64,000 bases of DNA from a virus. Lineage: Duplodnaviria > Caudoviricetes. The notes beneath the pieces are model-generated. The model was not told the origin of the DNA, made no database searches, and saw only the letters and a program-made list of their open reading frames with translations. Each line of letters opens with the position of its first letter. The stretch's first letter is position 1. The translations under genes were made by a program, and so were the position numbers. The stretch is taken from positions 32,001 through 96,000 of IMG/VR virus record IMGVR_UViG_3300044712_000786, one strand, 5' to 3'. Below, in pieces: positions 31,944-41,725 of this stretch.

Positions 31944-33840
31944 CTATTTGACTTGCAAAAAGAATAGATGCTAGATACCCATCTAATTGATGTTCTTCGG
32001 CTACATCGGCTATAGCGTCTACTCTTTCTGGATTTGTATCAACTGGCTTTTCGACATAACTCTTTACTTTATCTAGCCAATCTTTGGGCTCTTCATTACT
32101 AATTAAAACGGAAGCTATGTTGCGAGCGATTTTGTTCTGGTTATCGTCCAGTTCTTTCGTTTTGAATTTCTTAAGAAGAATCTTCTTAATCTCATCTTCC
32201 GCTTTCTGAGCAGCCCAAAAGTTATCCTTTACTTTCATTACGCTGTAAGTCGCGCCCATAGGTCTAACTTTCTTAGTAGACTGTTTACTCTTGGTCCCCT
32301 TGGGTCTTCCATTTGCGCCAGATATTTTAGGCTTGGGAGCATTATCTACTTTATATTTAGCCATGGCCATTTGGTCCGCTGGACCCCCCGCAATTGGTTG
32401 ATACAAGCCCTTGTCTCTAGCCTGTTTAAATGCGGTTTGGCTTTCTAAGGATGAAATATTATCGGGTAGAATGCCCGTTTCAATAGCTTCTATAGTTTCT
32501 TCCGCTGTAAGTAGACCAATTTCCGCTAACCTTGTATAAAGCTTGGCATACTCTAAAGAATCCTTCAGGTTAATATCAGCAAAATAAGGAGTAGGGAAGC
32601 TTTTAAATCCCATGTCCTTACTAATCCTCTTAATCTCAGGAATTAGGAAGTCATAAAGAAAAGCTTGACGCCCTTGCTTTAATCTTTCGATGAAAACCTG
32701 AACCTTCATGCTCTGATTAGCAAACTTTTCCCCATCGCCCATAAGAACGTTATTTAAGCCCATCCTAATGTCTCTATCAACGCTTTCATACTTCTTGGGG
32801 TCTAAGAAATTCGAAATGTCAGGGATAATAAACTGAGCCTTCGTTGTCCAATCCGCTATAAGAACCCTGCCAACAGACTCATTTTGGAATAGCTTCTGCA
32901 TTTCCACCATTGCCGCTACGTTAGTCCCTCCCTCATCAGGGGGAGCGCCCATAGTAATCAACAAAACAGCCTGTTGAACTGTTCTAGTAACAGCCATGTC
33001 CATTTTGCGCATTTCGGCTTTCCAGTTAAGGTCAGCCAGCACTGGATAACCCATGGGAATAGCAAAAGGCTCATAGCTTTGTTTCTTATAGAAGACAGCG
33101 TATGTTTTATTAGGGTCAAGCGGCATAGACATATTGACCGTGCCGCCTTTTTTAATTTGTTTCTGAATTTCTGGAGGTAGACTCTTAAAAACCTCAAGGT
33201 CTTCATCGGTAACTGGCTTGCGGAGTCTCGACAATTCATATTCACTAAGTATCTTGTTATACAATGTATTAACGAAAGAGATATTCCCAGACGCTTCAAT
33301 TTCCGCTGGATTTAGAACTACATATTTAACTGGCAATCTGAGCGCTGCTGTAGATTGTTCTAGCCCATAGGTTTGTGTAAGTTTTGTAATAAAAGCTTCA
33401 TCGATAAGCGAGTCTAAACGAAGCAGGAACACGCTGCCAGAGCGATAATATTCTCTAAAGAAAATATCCTGTATATTCCACATGCTTATTTTCTTAAATA
33501 AAGCATTAAAAAATTCTCTAGCTTTGGCCGTCCCCCCCTTGAATGATATATCACTAATAGAGAATTCGGTCATTAGGTCTATAGTATTGCGGAATATCGA
33601 AAAGTTATAATAGGCTTTCTGGCATAGCCTTATAGCGTCTTTGACATCGATACTGCAACTAGAACTCCTATGGAAGGGGTCTATACCTGACTCGATATTG
33701 GTATAATTATCCGTCCTTTCTATAGTTCCCGCTCTATTACGTCTCGTTGGCGAAGTGGAAGCTATGCTTTCCGTTACCAGAGGGATAGCCTTACTAACCT
33801 CTACCTTAGCGTCTGCCTTTATATCTTTCTTCTTTGCCAT
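31930..33840 (-). CDS. Portal protein
   Basis: Directly downstream of TerL; 636 aa; AIRLCQKAYYNFSIFRNTIDLMTEFS N-terminal helix; charged C-tail. Confidence 0.7.
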   Translation of the reverse strand: MAKKKDIKADAKVEVSKAIPLVTESIASTSPTRRNRAGTIERTDNYTNIESGIDPFHRSSSCSIDVKDAIRLCQKAYYNFSIFRNTIDLMTEFSISDISFKGGTAKAREFFNALFKKISMWNIQDIFFREYYRSGSVFLLRLDSLIDEAFITKLTQTYGLEQSTAALRLPVKYVVLNPAEIEASGNISFVNTLYNKILSEYELSRLRKPVTDEDLEVFKSLPPEIQKQIKKGGTVNMSMPLDPNKTYAVFYKKQSYEPFAIPMGYPVLADLNWKAEMRKMDMAVTRTVQQAVLLITMGAPPDEGGTNVAAMVEMQKLFQNESVGRVLIADWTTKAQFIIPDISNFLDPKKYESVDRDIRMGLNNVLMGDGEKFANQSMKVQVFIERLKQGRQAFLYDFLIPEIKRISKDMGFKSFPTPYFADINLKDSLEYAKLYTRLAEIGLLTAEETIEAIETGILPDNISSLESQTAFKQARDKGLYQPIAGGPADQMAMAKYKVDNAPKPKISGANGRPKGTKSKQSTKKVRPMGATYSVMKVKDNFWAAQKAEDEIKKILLKKFKTKELDDNQNKIARNIASVLISNEEPKDWLDKVKSYVEKPVDTNPERVDAIADVAEEHQLDGYLASILFASQIDAKE

Positions 33841-33857
33841 ATTATTAAATTACACTC

Positions 33858-35708
33858 CTAAATCATCATAGGAACGAACATTCCAGTGCTCGTATCCTTA
33901 GGTTGTCTCATGATGTCAAAATAGCACTTATTGGCCCAATTACCCAATAAAAGAGCAGTATAATTGTCCTTCCTAGCCCTATCTACCGAAGTGCTTCTTT
34001 TAAGGTGAAGGGGCAGGTCAAACGATTGGGTTCCCTTAGCTGTAGATTTTACTTCAATTAAGGCACACTGTTTCTTAACGTCATTAATTAATCTATCCTG
34101 AGTATCAATAAGGTCAATTATAGATTCTTCTTTTAACAAGTCCATCGGAATCTTAGCCGAAGACTGAGTAGATAAAGCCGAACCATTAGGATTAATTCTG
34201 GAGCCGAACCATACCTTTTTATGGTCTATGCTAGTCTGTAATAACACGTTAGCATTTCTAATAAAATCGCTGGAGAACACTTGCTTAGTGACAATTCTTC
34301 CACCAATCTTATTTTTACTGTATTGTTGCCTAGCGGTTTTTAACATTACTTCGTAATCCTGTCCGATTAAGTCGCTATCAAAATCTATGAAATCAAAACT
34401 AATGCCAGCGCGTTTAAATAGTTCACTTTCCGTCGCGCTATCAATAAACTGGAAACCTGCATTATCGATTGTGATATATACGATATCAAAACTATTTACT
34501 AAGTAGTATAGATAAGCAATGTGCTCTTTTAAATCTCCACCCGCTACCGCATAATTATGGACTACAGTAGGAACCTCAGTAGCTTCATCTATTTCCATTA
34601 AACACATAGCGAAAAAGTCGCTTGTGGGAGAGTTACTAAAGCTAGGGTCAATCGCTAAGATATACTTTTTATCTCCAGTTCCAACTAACTTAAGAGTCGT
34701 TTCTTCTCCGTCTGGGATTGTGCAAATCTGCATCTTCTTAGCTGAGAAATATCCCTCGCTATCGTCTACAAAAGCTGCTCCATACTCGCGCATGAAGGAG
34801 GAATGAGAAGACCCACCATCTTTTGCCGCCTGAATGATTTCCTGAGAAAGCATGTGCGAAGGTAGGGCTTCATAGCTCATTTGAGCGATGAAATACTTAG
34901 ATGATGTTATCTCTGGGGACTTGATATTATCAATAAATTCGCAGTATTTTTGATATAAATACTCAAAAGTATAGCTAGCCGAAGAAAGAAAAATAACCCT
35001 AGTTTCGTTCTCGAAGACAGTCCTTTTAGCGGGGTCCAACTTGCCTTCTTTAATAAGCTTATCTTCAATTTCGGTAACTCTAATTCTCTCCTTGACGTTC
35101 ATGGGGACGCTCAAGAAGGGGGTCAAAACAGACTCAACAATATCCTGAGGCATTAATAGGAACTCGTCAATAATCAAGACGTTAGCGCGAAAACCACGAA
35201 CCTTATCACCGCTAAGAGGAATAGCTGATATAGTAGAAACGTCTCCCGTAGGATGAGCCATGTTCCATTCGAATAAGTCGTTTCTTCTCTGCTTTAGTCC
35301 GAAAGCTTGCTGCAAAATAATAGAGCTAGGTGAATCTACTATCTTTTCTAATTCAGTAAATATATGTCTAGCTGTTCTGAATGTAGGGCCAGCTATGATA
35401 ATCTTTGCACCGGGATTAAAGATGGGATACAAAAAGCAAAAGAAAGCCGCCATGGTACTTTTAGCTCCACCACGGGAAAGAACCGCGAGACTGAAGTTTC
35501 TATTAAACCATGCTTTAAGCATGATTTCCTGATAAGGAGCTAACTTAATACCACTAAATAATTCGGTGGCTATATATAGATTATGTCTAAGGAATTTTAC
35601 CAAACTGGACTGAGCTTGCTTATCTTCTAGCTCCCCTGTTAACTCCATTAAGCCTTGATTAACGTCAGCCAAGTTTAACTCGTATTTTTCTGGGCACCAA
35701 AAAGCCAT
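33858..35708 (-). CDS. terL: Terminase large subunit
   Basis: Walker A SRGGAKS, Walker B VLIIDE, RNase H-like nuclease YILAIDP...D...KDNYTAL. Confidence 0.92.
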   Translation of the reverse strand: MAFWCPEKYELNLADVNQGLMELTGELEDKQAQSSLVKFLRHNLYIATELFSGIKLAPYQEIMLKAWFNRNFSLAVLSRGGAKSTMAAFFCFLYPIFNPGAKIIIAGPTFRTARHIFTELEKIVDSPSSIILQQAFGLKQRRNDLFEWNMAHPTGDVSTISAIPLSGDKVRGFRANVLIIDEFLLMPQDIVESVLTPFLSVPMNVKERIRVTEIEDKLIKEGKLDPAKRTVFENETRVIFLSSASYTFEYLYQKYCEFIDNIKSPEITSSKYFIAQMSYEALPSHMLSQEIIQAAKDGGSSHSSFMREYGAAFVDDSEGYFSAKKMQICTIPDGEETTLKLVGTGDKKYILAIDPSFSNSPTSDFFAMCLMEIDEATEVPTVVHNYAVAGGDLKEHIAYLYYLVNSFDIVYITIDNAGFQFIDSATESELFKRAGISFDFIDFDSDLIGQDYEVMLKTARQQYSKNKIGGRIVTKQVFSSDFIRNANVLLQTSIDHKKVWFGSRINPNGSALSTQSSAKIPMDLLKEESIIDLIDTQDRLINDVKKQCALIEVKSTAKGTQSFDLPLHLKRSTSVDRARKDNYTALLLGNWANKCYFDIMRQPKDTSTGMFVPMMI

Positions 35709-36649
35709 TAGATTAGTCCTTTCTCGTAAGATAACTGTAAGTCGAACTTAAGAAGTTCCCCTTTAGAGGCAAATATCTTCTGGATAATTTCAGTCGCCTT
35801 TTTCCTATTATAAACGAATAGGAATTGAACATTAGGAAACTCCTGAATCAAATCTCTCACATTATGGAAGATAAAATCGGGGGTTACTCTCATTCCACGG
35901 GGAACATATAAACCGTTGAGTGTAAGGGCGTTACTTATATCAGATTCTATTAAGACTACTAGTCTTCCGCCAGCCTTCCTAGCTCTAACGAATTCAGAAT
36001 TTAATCGTTTGTAACTGGAGCCGAAACTTGATATGAAATCTCCCAGTGATTTACGTTCGATGAATATGTCTGAAGCCTCGACTCCTTTACCTTCATCATT
36101 TCTGTAAATACAGGAATAATCACCAAAGTTAAGAGTTGCAATCTCTGTCCCCCATCTAAATTCAAGAGGTTTTTGTTCTCTCGTGTCAACGAGAATTGTG
36201 GGGGTTTGGTGACTAATGGTTTGACTGATTTCATAATAAGGCTCGTATTTCACTAAATACCCCATCTTTAGAAGCTCTCCATAAAAGCTTTCGAATAATT
36301 GGGTCATGTAGTTAAAGGATGGTAAATACAAGCTTTTACATTCTACCTCCGAGGGAGCATACAACAAATTTTTGTCTGACTTTCGCTTAAGTAAGTAATC
36401 TAAACAGTATTTTTTTTGTCTCTCTTTGTCCTGTTTAATAAACCAAAAATGAAAGTTGTCCTTACAATTAAAATCGTGACTAAAATAGTGTTCTTTATTC
36501 TTAAAAGCCATTGGCTCACAAGTAAATAAATCTACTTTAGGAAAATGCTGGGTATAGTATTTTTCCACAGTAGTTTTATGAGAACGTAGATGACGATGTA
36601 ACTTTACATCATCCTCAAACTCAGTTTTACATATAAGACAATTAACCAT
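35708..36649 (-). CDS. C2H2 zinc finger plus ERCC4 (XPF/Mus81-type) nuclease
   Basis: CLIC...HRHLRSH; VDTREQ, GDYS and IERKSLGDF motifs of ERCC4 domains; start re-assigned to ATG 36649. Confidence 0.8.
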   Translation of the reverse strand: MVNCLICKTEFEDDVKLHRHLRSHKTTVEKYYTQHFPKVDLFTCEPMAFKNKEHYFSHDFNCKDNFHFWFIKQDKERQKKYCLDYLLKRKSDKNLLYAPSEVECKSLYLPSFNYMTQLFESFYGELLKMGYLVKYEPYYEISQTISHQTPTILVDTREQKPLEFRWGTEIATLNFGDYSCIYRNDEGKGVEASDIFIERKSLGDFISSFGSSYKRLNSEFVRARKAGGRLVVLIESDISNALTLNGLYVPRGMRVTPDFIFHNVRDLIQEFPNVQFLFVYNRKKATEIIQKIFASKGELLKFDLQLSYEKGLI

Positions 36650-37727
36650 TGAATACTTCTCCCCTAGACAGGCCGAATATTCTAGCTTTTGTTTCATCAA
36701 GGGCGGATAGTTTCTCTATTTCGTCGCCCAGAAGTCTTTTTCTTTCTTCCGCATACTCTATAAGTCTCTTTCGTCCCTCTTCCTCTTTCCATACTTGGAC
36801 TAAATTAAGGACAGTCGCGTTTTCTTTAATTTGGTCTTGTATTCTCTGACTGCGTTCTTCAGTTAAAGCCTTAAATAGCTTCTGCTGGCGTTGCACGCTA
36901 GAATTGTGCTCCGTTCGGGCAACATTAATAGCTTCTACTAACTGCATGGACATTTTTCCACCCTCTTGGACTATTTTAGTCTGCTCATTTTGAAGCATAT
37001 TAATAGTTCTTTGAATGCTAGAGGCCATAACAACTTCCGTGCATAGCATAATATACTGGTCTATATCTTCCTTAGTAAGGTCGGGCTTATCAAAGGTATA
37101 TTTAATAAAGCTGCTTTCAAATAGTTCCCTGTCTGACTTAGTATCATAGGTTTCCATCTGATATACGAACCTGAAATCATGGAGGTAAGTCATCAGAGAT
37201 TCTATCTCTTTTCTTATCTTAGTAGATATGGTTTTGTAGTCGTAATTACAGCCATGAACATATTTATTAACTCTCGCAACTGCCCTATCTATAGTATTGG
37301 GGGCTTTATATTCGGCTTCAACTGAATTAGGGTCCTCGAAAGGAGAAACTCCCTCTAAGTTTTTAATAAACGATAATACTAACTTGACTTCCGAATGTAA
37401 ATTAGTTAGATTGGGATTATTAAATAAGATTTGGGCTATCTCGAAAGCCTTCATCGTCTGACAGTTATTCTTAATATATTCTTCCTGCTCGGGGGTTAGG
37501 GTAATAGCTGGTTTAACGATGGGCGCAGATTGATTTTTAGGAACTATTTTTCTCTCCGCAAGAAAGCTCTTAATAAGTCTTGCGTGTTTGGTAGTTCCCT
37601 TGTCGCTAACATCAGGTCCGAAAGCCAGACGAATTAACTCTGAAATAGATGGAGGGTCATAAGGTCTATTATTCCACTCGTCTAGGATTTTTTGCTTCTG
37701 TTCGTCTGTTAATGTTAATTCGCTCAT
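36642..37727 (-). CDS. Hypothetical protein in packaging operon (small terminase candidate by position only)
   Basis: HTH-like N-terminus, coiled-coil C-terminus, two genes upstream of terL. Confidence 0.4.
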   Translation of the reverse strand: MSELTLTDEQKQKILDEWNNRPYDPPSISELIRLAFGPDVSDKGTTKHARLIKSFLAERKIVPKNQSAPIVKPAITLTPEQEEYIKNNCQTMKAFEIAQILFNNPNLTNLHSEVKLVLSFIKNLEGVSPFEDPNSVEAEYKAPNTIDRAVARVNKYVHGCNYDYKTISTKIRKEIESLMTYLHDFRFVYQMETYDTKSDRELFESSFIKYTFDKPDLTKEDIDQYIMLCTEVVMASSIQRTINMLQNEQTKIVQEGGKMSMQLVEAINVARTEHNSSVQRQQKLFKALTEERSQRIQDQIKENATVLNLVQVWKEEEGRKRLIEYAEERKRLLGDEIEKLSALDETKARIFGLSRGEVFNG

Positions 37728-38416
37728 AGAATATCTATTTCGCCTCTATTTAAGCTTTCTTTTACCTTCTTCATAATCGTCTTTCGAAGGTTTTTAATCT
37801 GTTTGTAACCGGGAGCGCGATGTTTTTCTGAAGTTTTAAAGCCCATAATTGCCGCCGCTTCTTCTTCGCTCTTATGCTCAATAAATAAGAGCTTGTAACA
37901 TTTCCACTCCGAAGGCTTTAGAATCTCTTCCATTCTTTTGTGAATATTGGGGGCGGTCCTTTCTATATCTATAGTATCTTCGTAACGGTTGAACACTTCT
38001 TGAGTATGATTGTCTAATGGGACTGGCAACTTAGTATCATAGGCACGCTTTTTAGTCTTTTCCCATCTAGCATAAAGAGGACAAGTAGAGCATTGCTTAG
38101 TGTATATGTTGCATAAGTCATCCCCTTCCGCAGCAGCACATTTTAAGCATGGCCTTGAGAAGTTATAATACATATTCCTAATCAAGTTCTTAATTTGACT
38201 AGAAATAACGGTATTAATCCAAGGGGCTAAGGGTCTGCTGGCATCATAAAGATGCCACTTCTTAAATATATGTATCCTAAGGATTTGCGCAACATCATCG
38301 AAATCGAACCAAGATAACGCCGTCAGGGTCCAACGGCTCTTGCGCTTATTTATTTCGTTATCTATCTCCCCGATATGCTCTTCGAAAAGGGGAGCATTTT
38401 TTTTGCGTCGGGGCAT
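37724..38416 (-). CDS. Phage RNA polymerase sigma factor (ECF-like) with Cys-rich insert
   Basis: Region 2 DFDDVAQILRIHIFKKWHLYD...PWINTVISSQIKNLIR; region 4-like helices SEWKCYKLLFIEHKSEEEAAAIMG; CLKC...C...CSTC insert. Confidence 0.7.
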   Translation of the reverse strand: MPRRKKNAPLFEEHIGEIDNEINKRKSRWTLTALSWFDFDDVAQILRIHIFKKWHLYDASRPLAPWINTVISSQIKNLIRNMYYNFSRPCLKCAAAEGDDLCNIYTKQCSTCPLYARWEKTKKRAYDTKLPVPLDNHTQEVFNRYEDTIDIERTAPNIHKRMEEILKPSEWKCYKLLFIEHKSEEEAAAIMGFKTSEKHRAPGYKQIKNLRKTIMKKVKESLNRGEIDIL

Positions 38417-38419
38417 AGG

Positions 38420-38839
38420 TTACTTTTTCTTACCGCGAACCCTGTTTTGGGGTCTAATAGAGCCAGCTTCCCTAGAAAACTCTTCTAGAAACTTTTTCTG
38501 TGATACTTTGGGTCCTTGTCTTGATGGGAGGTTGGCTTTAGAGCCTCCTACACCGCTCATAAGAACATCATTTAGAGTGCTCTTGGGTCTGGCGGGGGCT
38601 ATAATTTCAGATTCTAGCTCTAAATCTTCGGCGCTTAAGGAAGTTACTGCATTATCCGCGTCATCATCGTCATCATCTAGGGTATTATCGTCATCGTCAT
38701 CTGGAGGGGGAGTAACGAAAGTAGAAACTTTGGCCGTTGTTTTGCTCAGAAAGGACTTGCCACAATAGCCACAGAAAGCAGGCGTCTTAGACGAATATTC
38801 AGTCCCCTGACCACAAGACTTACAATAATACTTAAGCAT
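38420..38839 (-). CDS. Zinc-ribbon protein with acidic tract
   Basis: CKSCG...CGYCG; poly-Asp run. Confidence 0.6.
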   Translation of the reverse strand: MLKYYCKSCGQGTEYSSKTPAFCGYCGKSFLSKTTAKVSTFVTPPPDDDDDNTLDDDDDDADNAVTSLSAEDLELESEIIAPARPKSTLNDVLMSGVGGSKANLPSRQGPKVSQKKFLEEFSREAGSIRPQNRVRGKKK

Positions 38840-38928
38840 AACTGTTAGATTATGTTACACTTAAAGGGATGTTTCTAGAAAATCTTTATTTTTTTTATAG
38901 CCCACTTAACTACTGTAATTAAAATAGG

Positions 38929-39216
38929 ATGCATTCTAAACCATTCATTTTCAAAAATTCTAAAGGAGTAGAATACAGCGTGACTGTAGAGAATATTCCC
39001 CCGAAGAGGGAAGCTTTAGGGGAATGTGATGCCCCTTGGAATAATAACCCTAAGATAGTGATAGAAGCAGACTTAACCGATAGGAGAAGGCTTTCAGTAG
39101 CTATAGAAGAGATAGCTCATGCCTTCTTTTTCGAAAGACCCGAAAAAGATATAAAGAAATTCGCCGCTACTTTAGCGAAATTCCTTTATAAAGATGATTG
39201 GAGAAAGACTTATTAA
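38929..39216 (+). CDS. Small zincin-like protein (EExxH variant of HExxH)
   Basis: LGECD...IVIEADL...AIEEIAHAFF...IKKFAATL. Confidence 0.5.
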   Translation: MHSKPFIFKNSKGVEYSVTVENIPPKREALGECDAPWNNNPKIVIEADLTDRRRLSVAIEEIAHAFFFERPEKDIKKFAATLAKFLYKDDWRKTY

Positions 39217-39947
39217 GCTATAGGAGCATGAATAGCTTCCAAAGCACTTACTAAGAACTTAAGGAATTCGGACCTAACAATGTCCTCTTTCCCAAATTTA
39301 AAATGGTAAACTCCATGTTCAGCCGCTCCCTCATAACTAGATAAGTGATTGGCTAAGGTCTCAAATCCGCCCCGATTACCGTTCTTTAAGTCTGTCTGAC
39401 TAGGGTCAGCGATAACGAAACACTTAGAAAAGTGACCGAAACGAGTTAGAATGGTTACTATTTCCTTCATGGAGCTATTTTGAACTTCGTCAAATACTAT
39501 TGCTTTTGCGTTCCAGCTTAAACCACGAGCGAAATTAGTTGGAAAAGCAACAGCCCTCTCTTGTTTAAGGAGATTGTCGGCTTCCTGCTTGGGGAGTAGC
39601 TCTTGCAGCTTATCCATAAACGGGATATTATAGAACTGCATCTTATCACCTATGCTTCCCGGTAAATAGCCTGTTTTACTATCCGAACTTTCTACAGCGG
39701 ACCTTACGTAAATTAATTCCGAAACCCTCTTTTCATTTAATAGCTTTAAAGCACAGTAAATAGAAATTAAAGTCTTGGAAGTTCCCGCGCAACCAGAAAC
39801 AAACATAACTCTAGTATTCTTGTCTAGAGCTAATTTTATGAATTCTTTTTGTTTTTCGGTCCAGTTTAATTCTCTGATGTTCAAAATACCCTGAAGCTTA
39901 TCCCTTTGATGAACGTATAACGACTCGTCCTTGTTTCTTTTTTTCAT
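39213..39947 (-). CDS. phoH: PhoH-family ATPase
   Basis: GCAGTSKT Walker A; SAVES...GYLPGSI; RGLSW...FDEVQN; DPSQTDL; FGKEDIVRS. Confidence 0.93.
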   Translation of the reverse strand: MKKRNKDESLYVHQRDKLQGILNIRELNWTEKQKEFIKLALDKNTRVMFVSGCAGTSKTLISIYCALKLLNEKRVSELIYVRSAVESSDSKTGYLPGSIGDKMQFYNIPFMDKLQELLPKQEADNLLKQERAVAFPTNFARGLSWNAKAIVFDEVQNSSMKEIVTILTRFGHFSKCFVIADPSQTDLKNGNRGGFETLANHLSSYEGAAEHGVYHFKFGKEDIVRSEFLKFLVSALEAIHAPIA

Positions 39948-40101
39948 ATAGTAAGAACCACAATAGATTACACTAGAGACACTTTCGAATAAAAAAATCG
40001 GTTAAAATCTACTTTAAATTTCACAAAATCACTTATCTATTTTAATTTAATCGTGCTTTTGTAAGATTGACAAGATTTAAAACTATTCCTAGAATTAGGT
40101 T

Positions 40102-40311
40102 ATGGATGCAGCAGAAAGAGTTAAAAAGCTGTTCGAGCAAGCAAAAACAATAGGTCTTCCTTTTCCTTCGGCGGGAATGATAGAGGATTCTATAAGAGAC
40201 GCGGAATGGGACGCTCTGTATAAACCATTGGAAGTGTCTCAATATCACCACGTTAAACCTCATTTTATGAAGGAAGTATGGAAACGAGCAAACGAAAAAG
40301 TGGAAGTTTAA
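40102..40311 (+). CDS. Hypothetical protein
   Basis: ORF at the start of the + strand block. Confidence 0.5.
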   Translation: MDAAERVKKLFEQAKTIGLPFPSAGMIEDSIRDAEWDALYKPLEVSQYHHVKPHFMKEVWKRANEKVEV

Positions 40312-40514
40312 TAACGGAACTAATATTCATCCTTATAGGATTTGGCTTATTATTCCTAAAACTATGGTTTCCCATCCCTTGGTTGGTTATCCTAGCGGTG
40401 GCGACATTCCCAATGTGGTTTGGTTGGCTCTTTGCCATTAGCGCTTTTATTTTATCGTTGCTCGCCGCTTTCTTAGGCGGGGTTTTAATCTGGATTTTTG
40501 GAAAAAGCAAATGA
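40278..40514 (+). CDS. Small membrane protein (2 TM segments)
   Basis: Two hydrophobic stretches. Confidence 0.55.
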   Translation: METSKRKSGSLITELIFILIGFGLLFLKLWFPIPWLVILAVATFPMWFGWLFAISAFILSLLAAFLGGVLIWIFGKSK

Positions 40515-41083
40515 CCCTACAGGACAGAATTGACAATTACGTTGCCGAGACTGGGTTTCCTAGAACTTTATTTTTAGGAGAAGATGGGCGTCTAGTCGGC
40601 ACTTGGGTTATGGGAAATAACTATCATGTCACAACTAGCTATTATGGAGGTTATCCTCACGGTTACTTAAAACGAATTAAGGCAATGTTTCCCGATAAAC
40701 GGAACGTGCTTCATCTTTTTTCGGGCAAGGTAGACACGAAAATTATTCCCGGTCAAACAGTTGATATAAATGATACAAACAAAGCCGATTATGTAGACGA
40801 TGCCCAAGAGTTAACAAGCGTACCTCTGGAACTCTTCGACCTTGTTTTAGCTGACCCCCCTTACTCCGTAGAGGACTGCGACCACTACCAAACTACGATG
40901 ATTAAACGGAACAAGGTAATGGACGCTCTAGGGCGCAGACTTTCAACTAAAGCTCATGTTGTTTGGCTTGACCAAGTACTTCCAATGTATCGTAAAACAG
41001 ATTTCGATATGGTAGGCGTTATCGGTATGGTAAAGTCTACAAACCATCGTTTTCGAGTAATAACTATTTTTCAAAAAAAATAA
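40511..41083 (+). CDS. Amino-methyltransferase (N6-A/N4-C DNA MTase-like)
   Basis: LHLFSGK motif I, TVDIN, DLVLADPPY motif IV. Confidence 0.75.
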   Translation: MTLQDRIDNYVAETGFPRTLFLGEDGRLVGTWVMGNNYHVTTSYYGGYPHGYLKRIKAMFPDKRNVLHLFSGKVDTKIIPGQTVDINDTNKADYVDDAQELTSVPLELFDLVLADPPYSVEDCDHYQTTMIKRNKVMDALGRRLSTKAHVVWLDQVLPMYRKTDFDMVGVIGMVKSTNHRFRVITIFQKK

Positions 41084-41269
41084 ATGACTACTATAACTTG
41101 CGACCTTTGTAAAAGTAAAATAAATGGACAACCCATCAAAGTTATTATGCGCGATGGCGAACACCCGCATAATGGCTCAACTATGTATACTACAGTTGAT
41201 TGCTGCGATTTCTGTATTCGGAAGCTTCCTCTAGAATGTAACGCGGAAGTAGACGATTATAAACAATAA
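41084..41269 (+). CDS. Small zinc-finger protein
   Basis: CDLC...CCDFC. Confidence 0.5.
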   Translation: MTTITCDLCKSKINGQPIKVIMRDGEHPHNGSTMYTTVDCCDFCIRKLPLECNAEVDDYKQ

Positions 41270-41270
41270 T

Positions 41271-41456
41271 ATGTATACCCTATATTTCAAGCATGAAGGG
41301 AATTGGTATCATTACGCCACTTTTGACGGTAGCGAAATTCCTAAATATGTAGAGTTTATAAAAGTAGATAAAAAAACTAAATTTAGATTAGTCAAGACTG
41401 AGCTTCTGGTTGAGGGGACGGCTGAACGGGTTGCGAAGACTTTAAGCGAGCTTTAA
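41271..41456 (+). CDS. Hypothetical protein
   Basis: ORF in a tightly packed operon. Confidence 0.45.
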   Translation: MYTLYFKHEGNWYHYATFDGSEIPKYVEFIKVDKKTKFRLVKTELLVEGTAERVAKTLSEL

Positions 41457-41682
41457 CGATATACTTTTCCTTGATTTGCTTTAATAAATCTGGATGTGCG
41501 GCTTGCCATTTCTTAGCATTACTTACGTAACGTTCTTTATTCTGTTGATAATGAGATTTCTGGCGTGCATCTTGACAAGACTTACAATCATATCTCAGTC
41601 CATCTTTAGTAGCCGACTGTTTACGAAATTCGCTAATAGGCTTTTCAACTTTGCATTTGGAACAAGTTTTCAATATATCCAT
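41392..41682 (-). CDS. Zinc finger of the type fused to HNH/endonuclease VII enzymes, without a nuclease domain
   Basis: KTCSKCKVEKPISEF...DGLRYDCKSC; GTGTAAT 8 nt upstream. Confidence 0.6.
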   Translation of the reverse strand: MDILKTCSKCKVEKPISEFRKQSATKDGLRYDCKSCQDARQKSHYQQNKERYVSNAKKWQAAHPDLLKQIKEKYIVKARLKSSQPVQPSPQPEAQS

Positions 41683-41725
41683 ATAGATAGATTACACACA
41701 ATTAAGGATTTTTGAAAAATTATTT

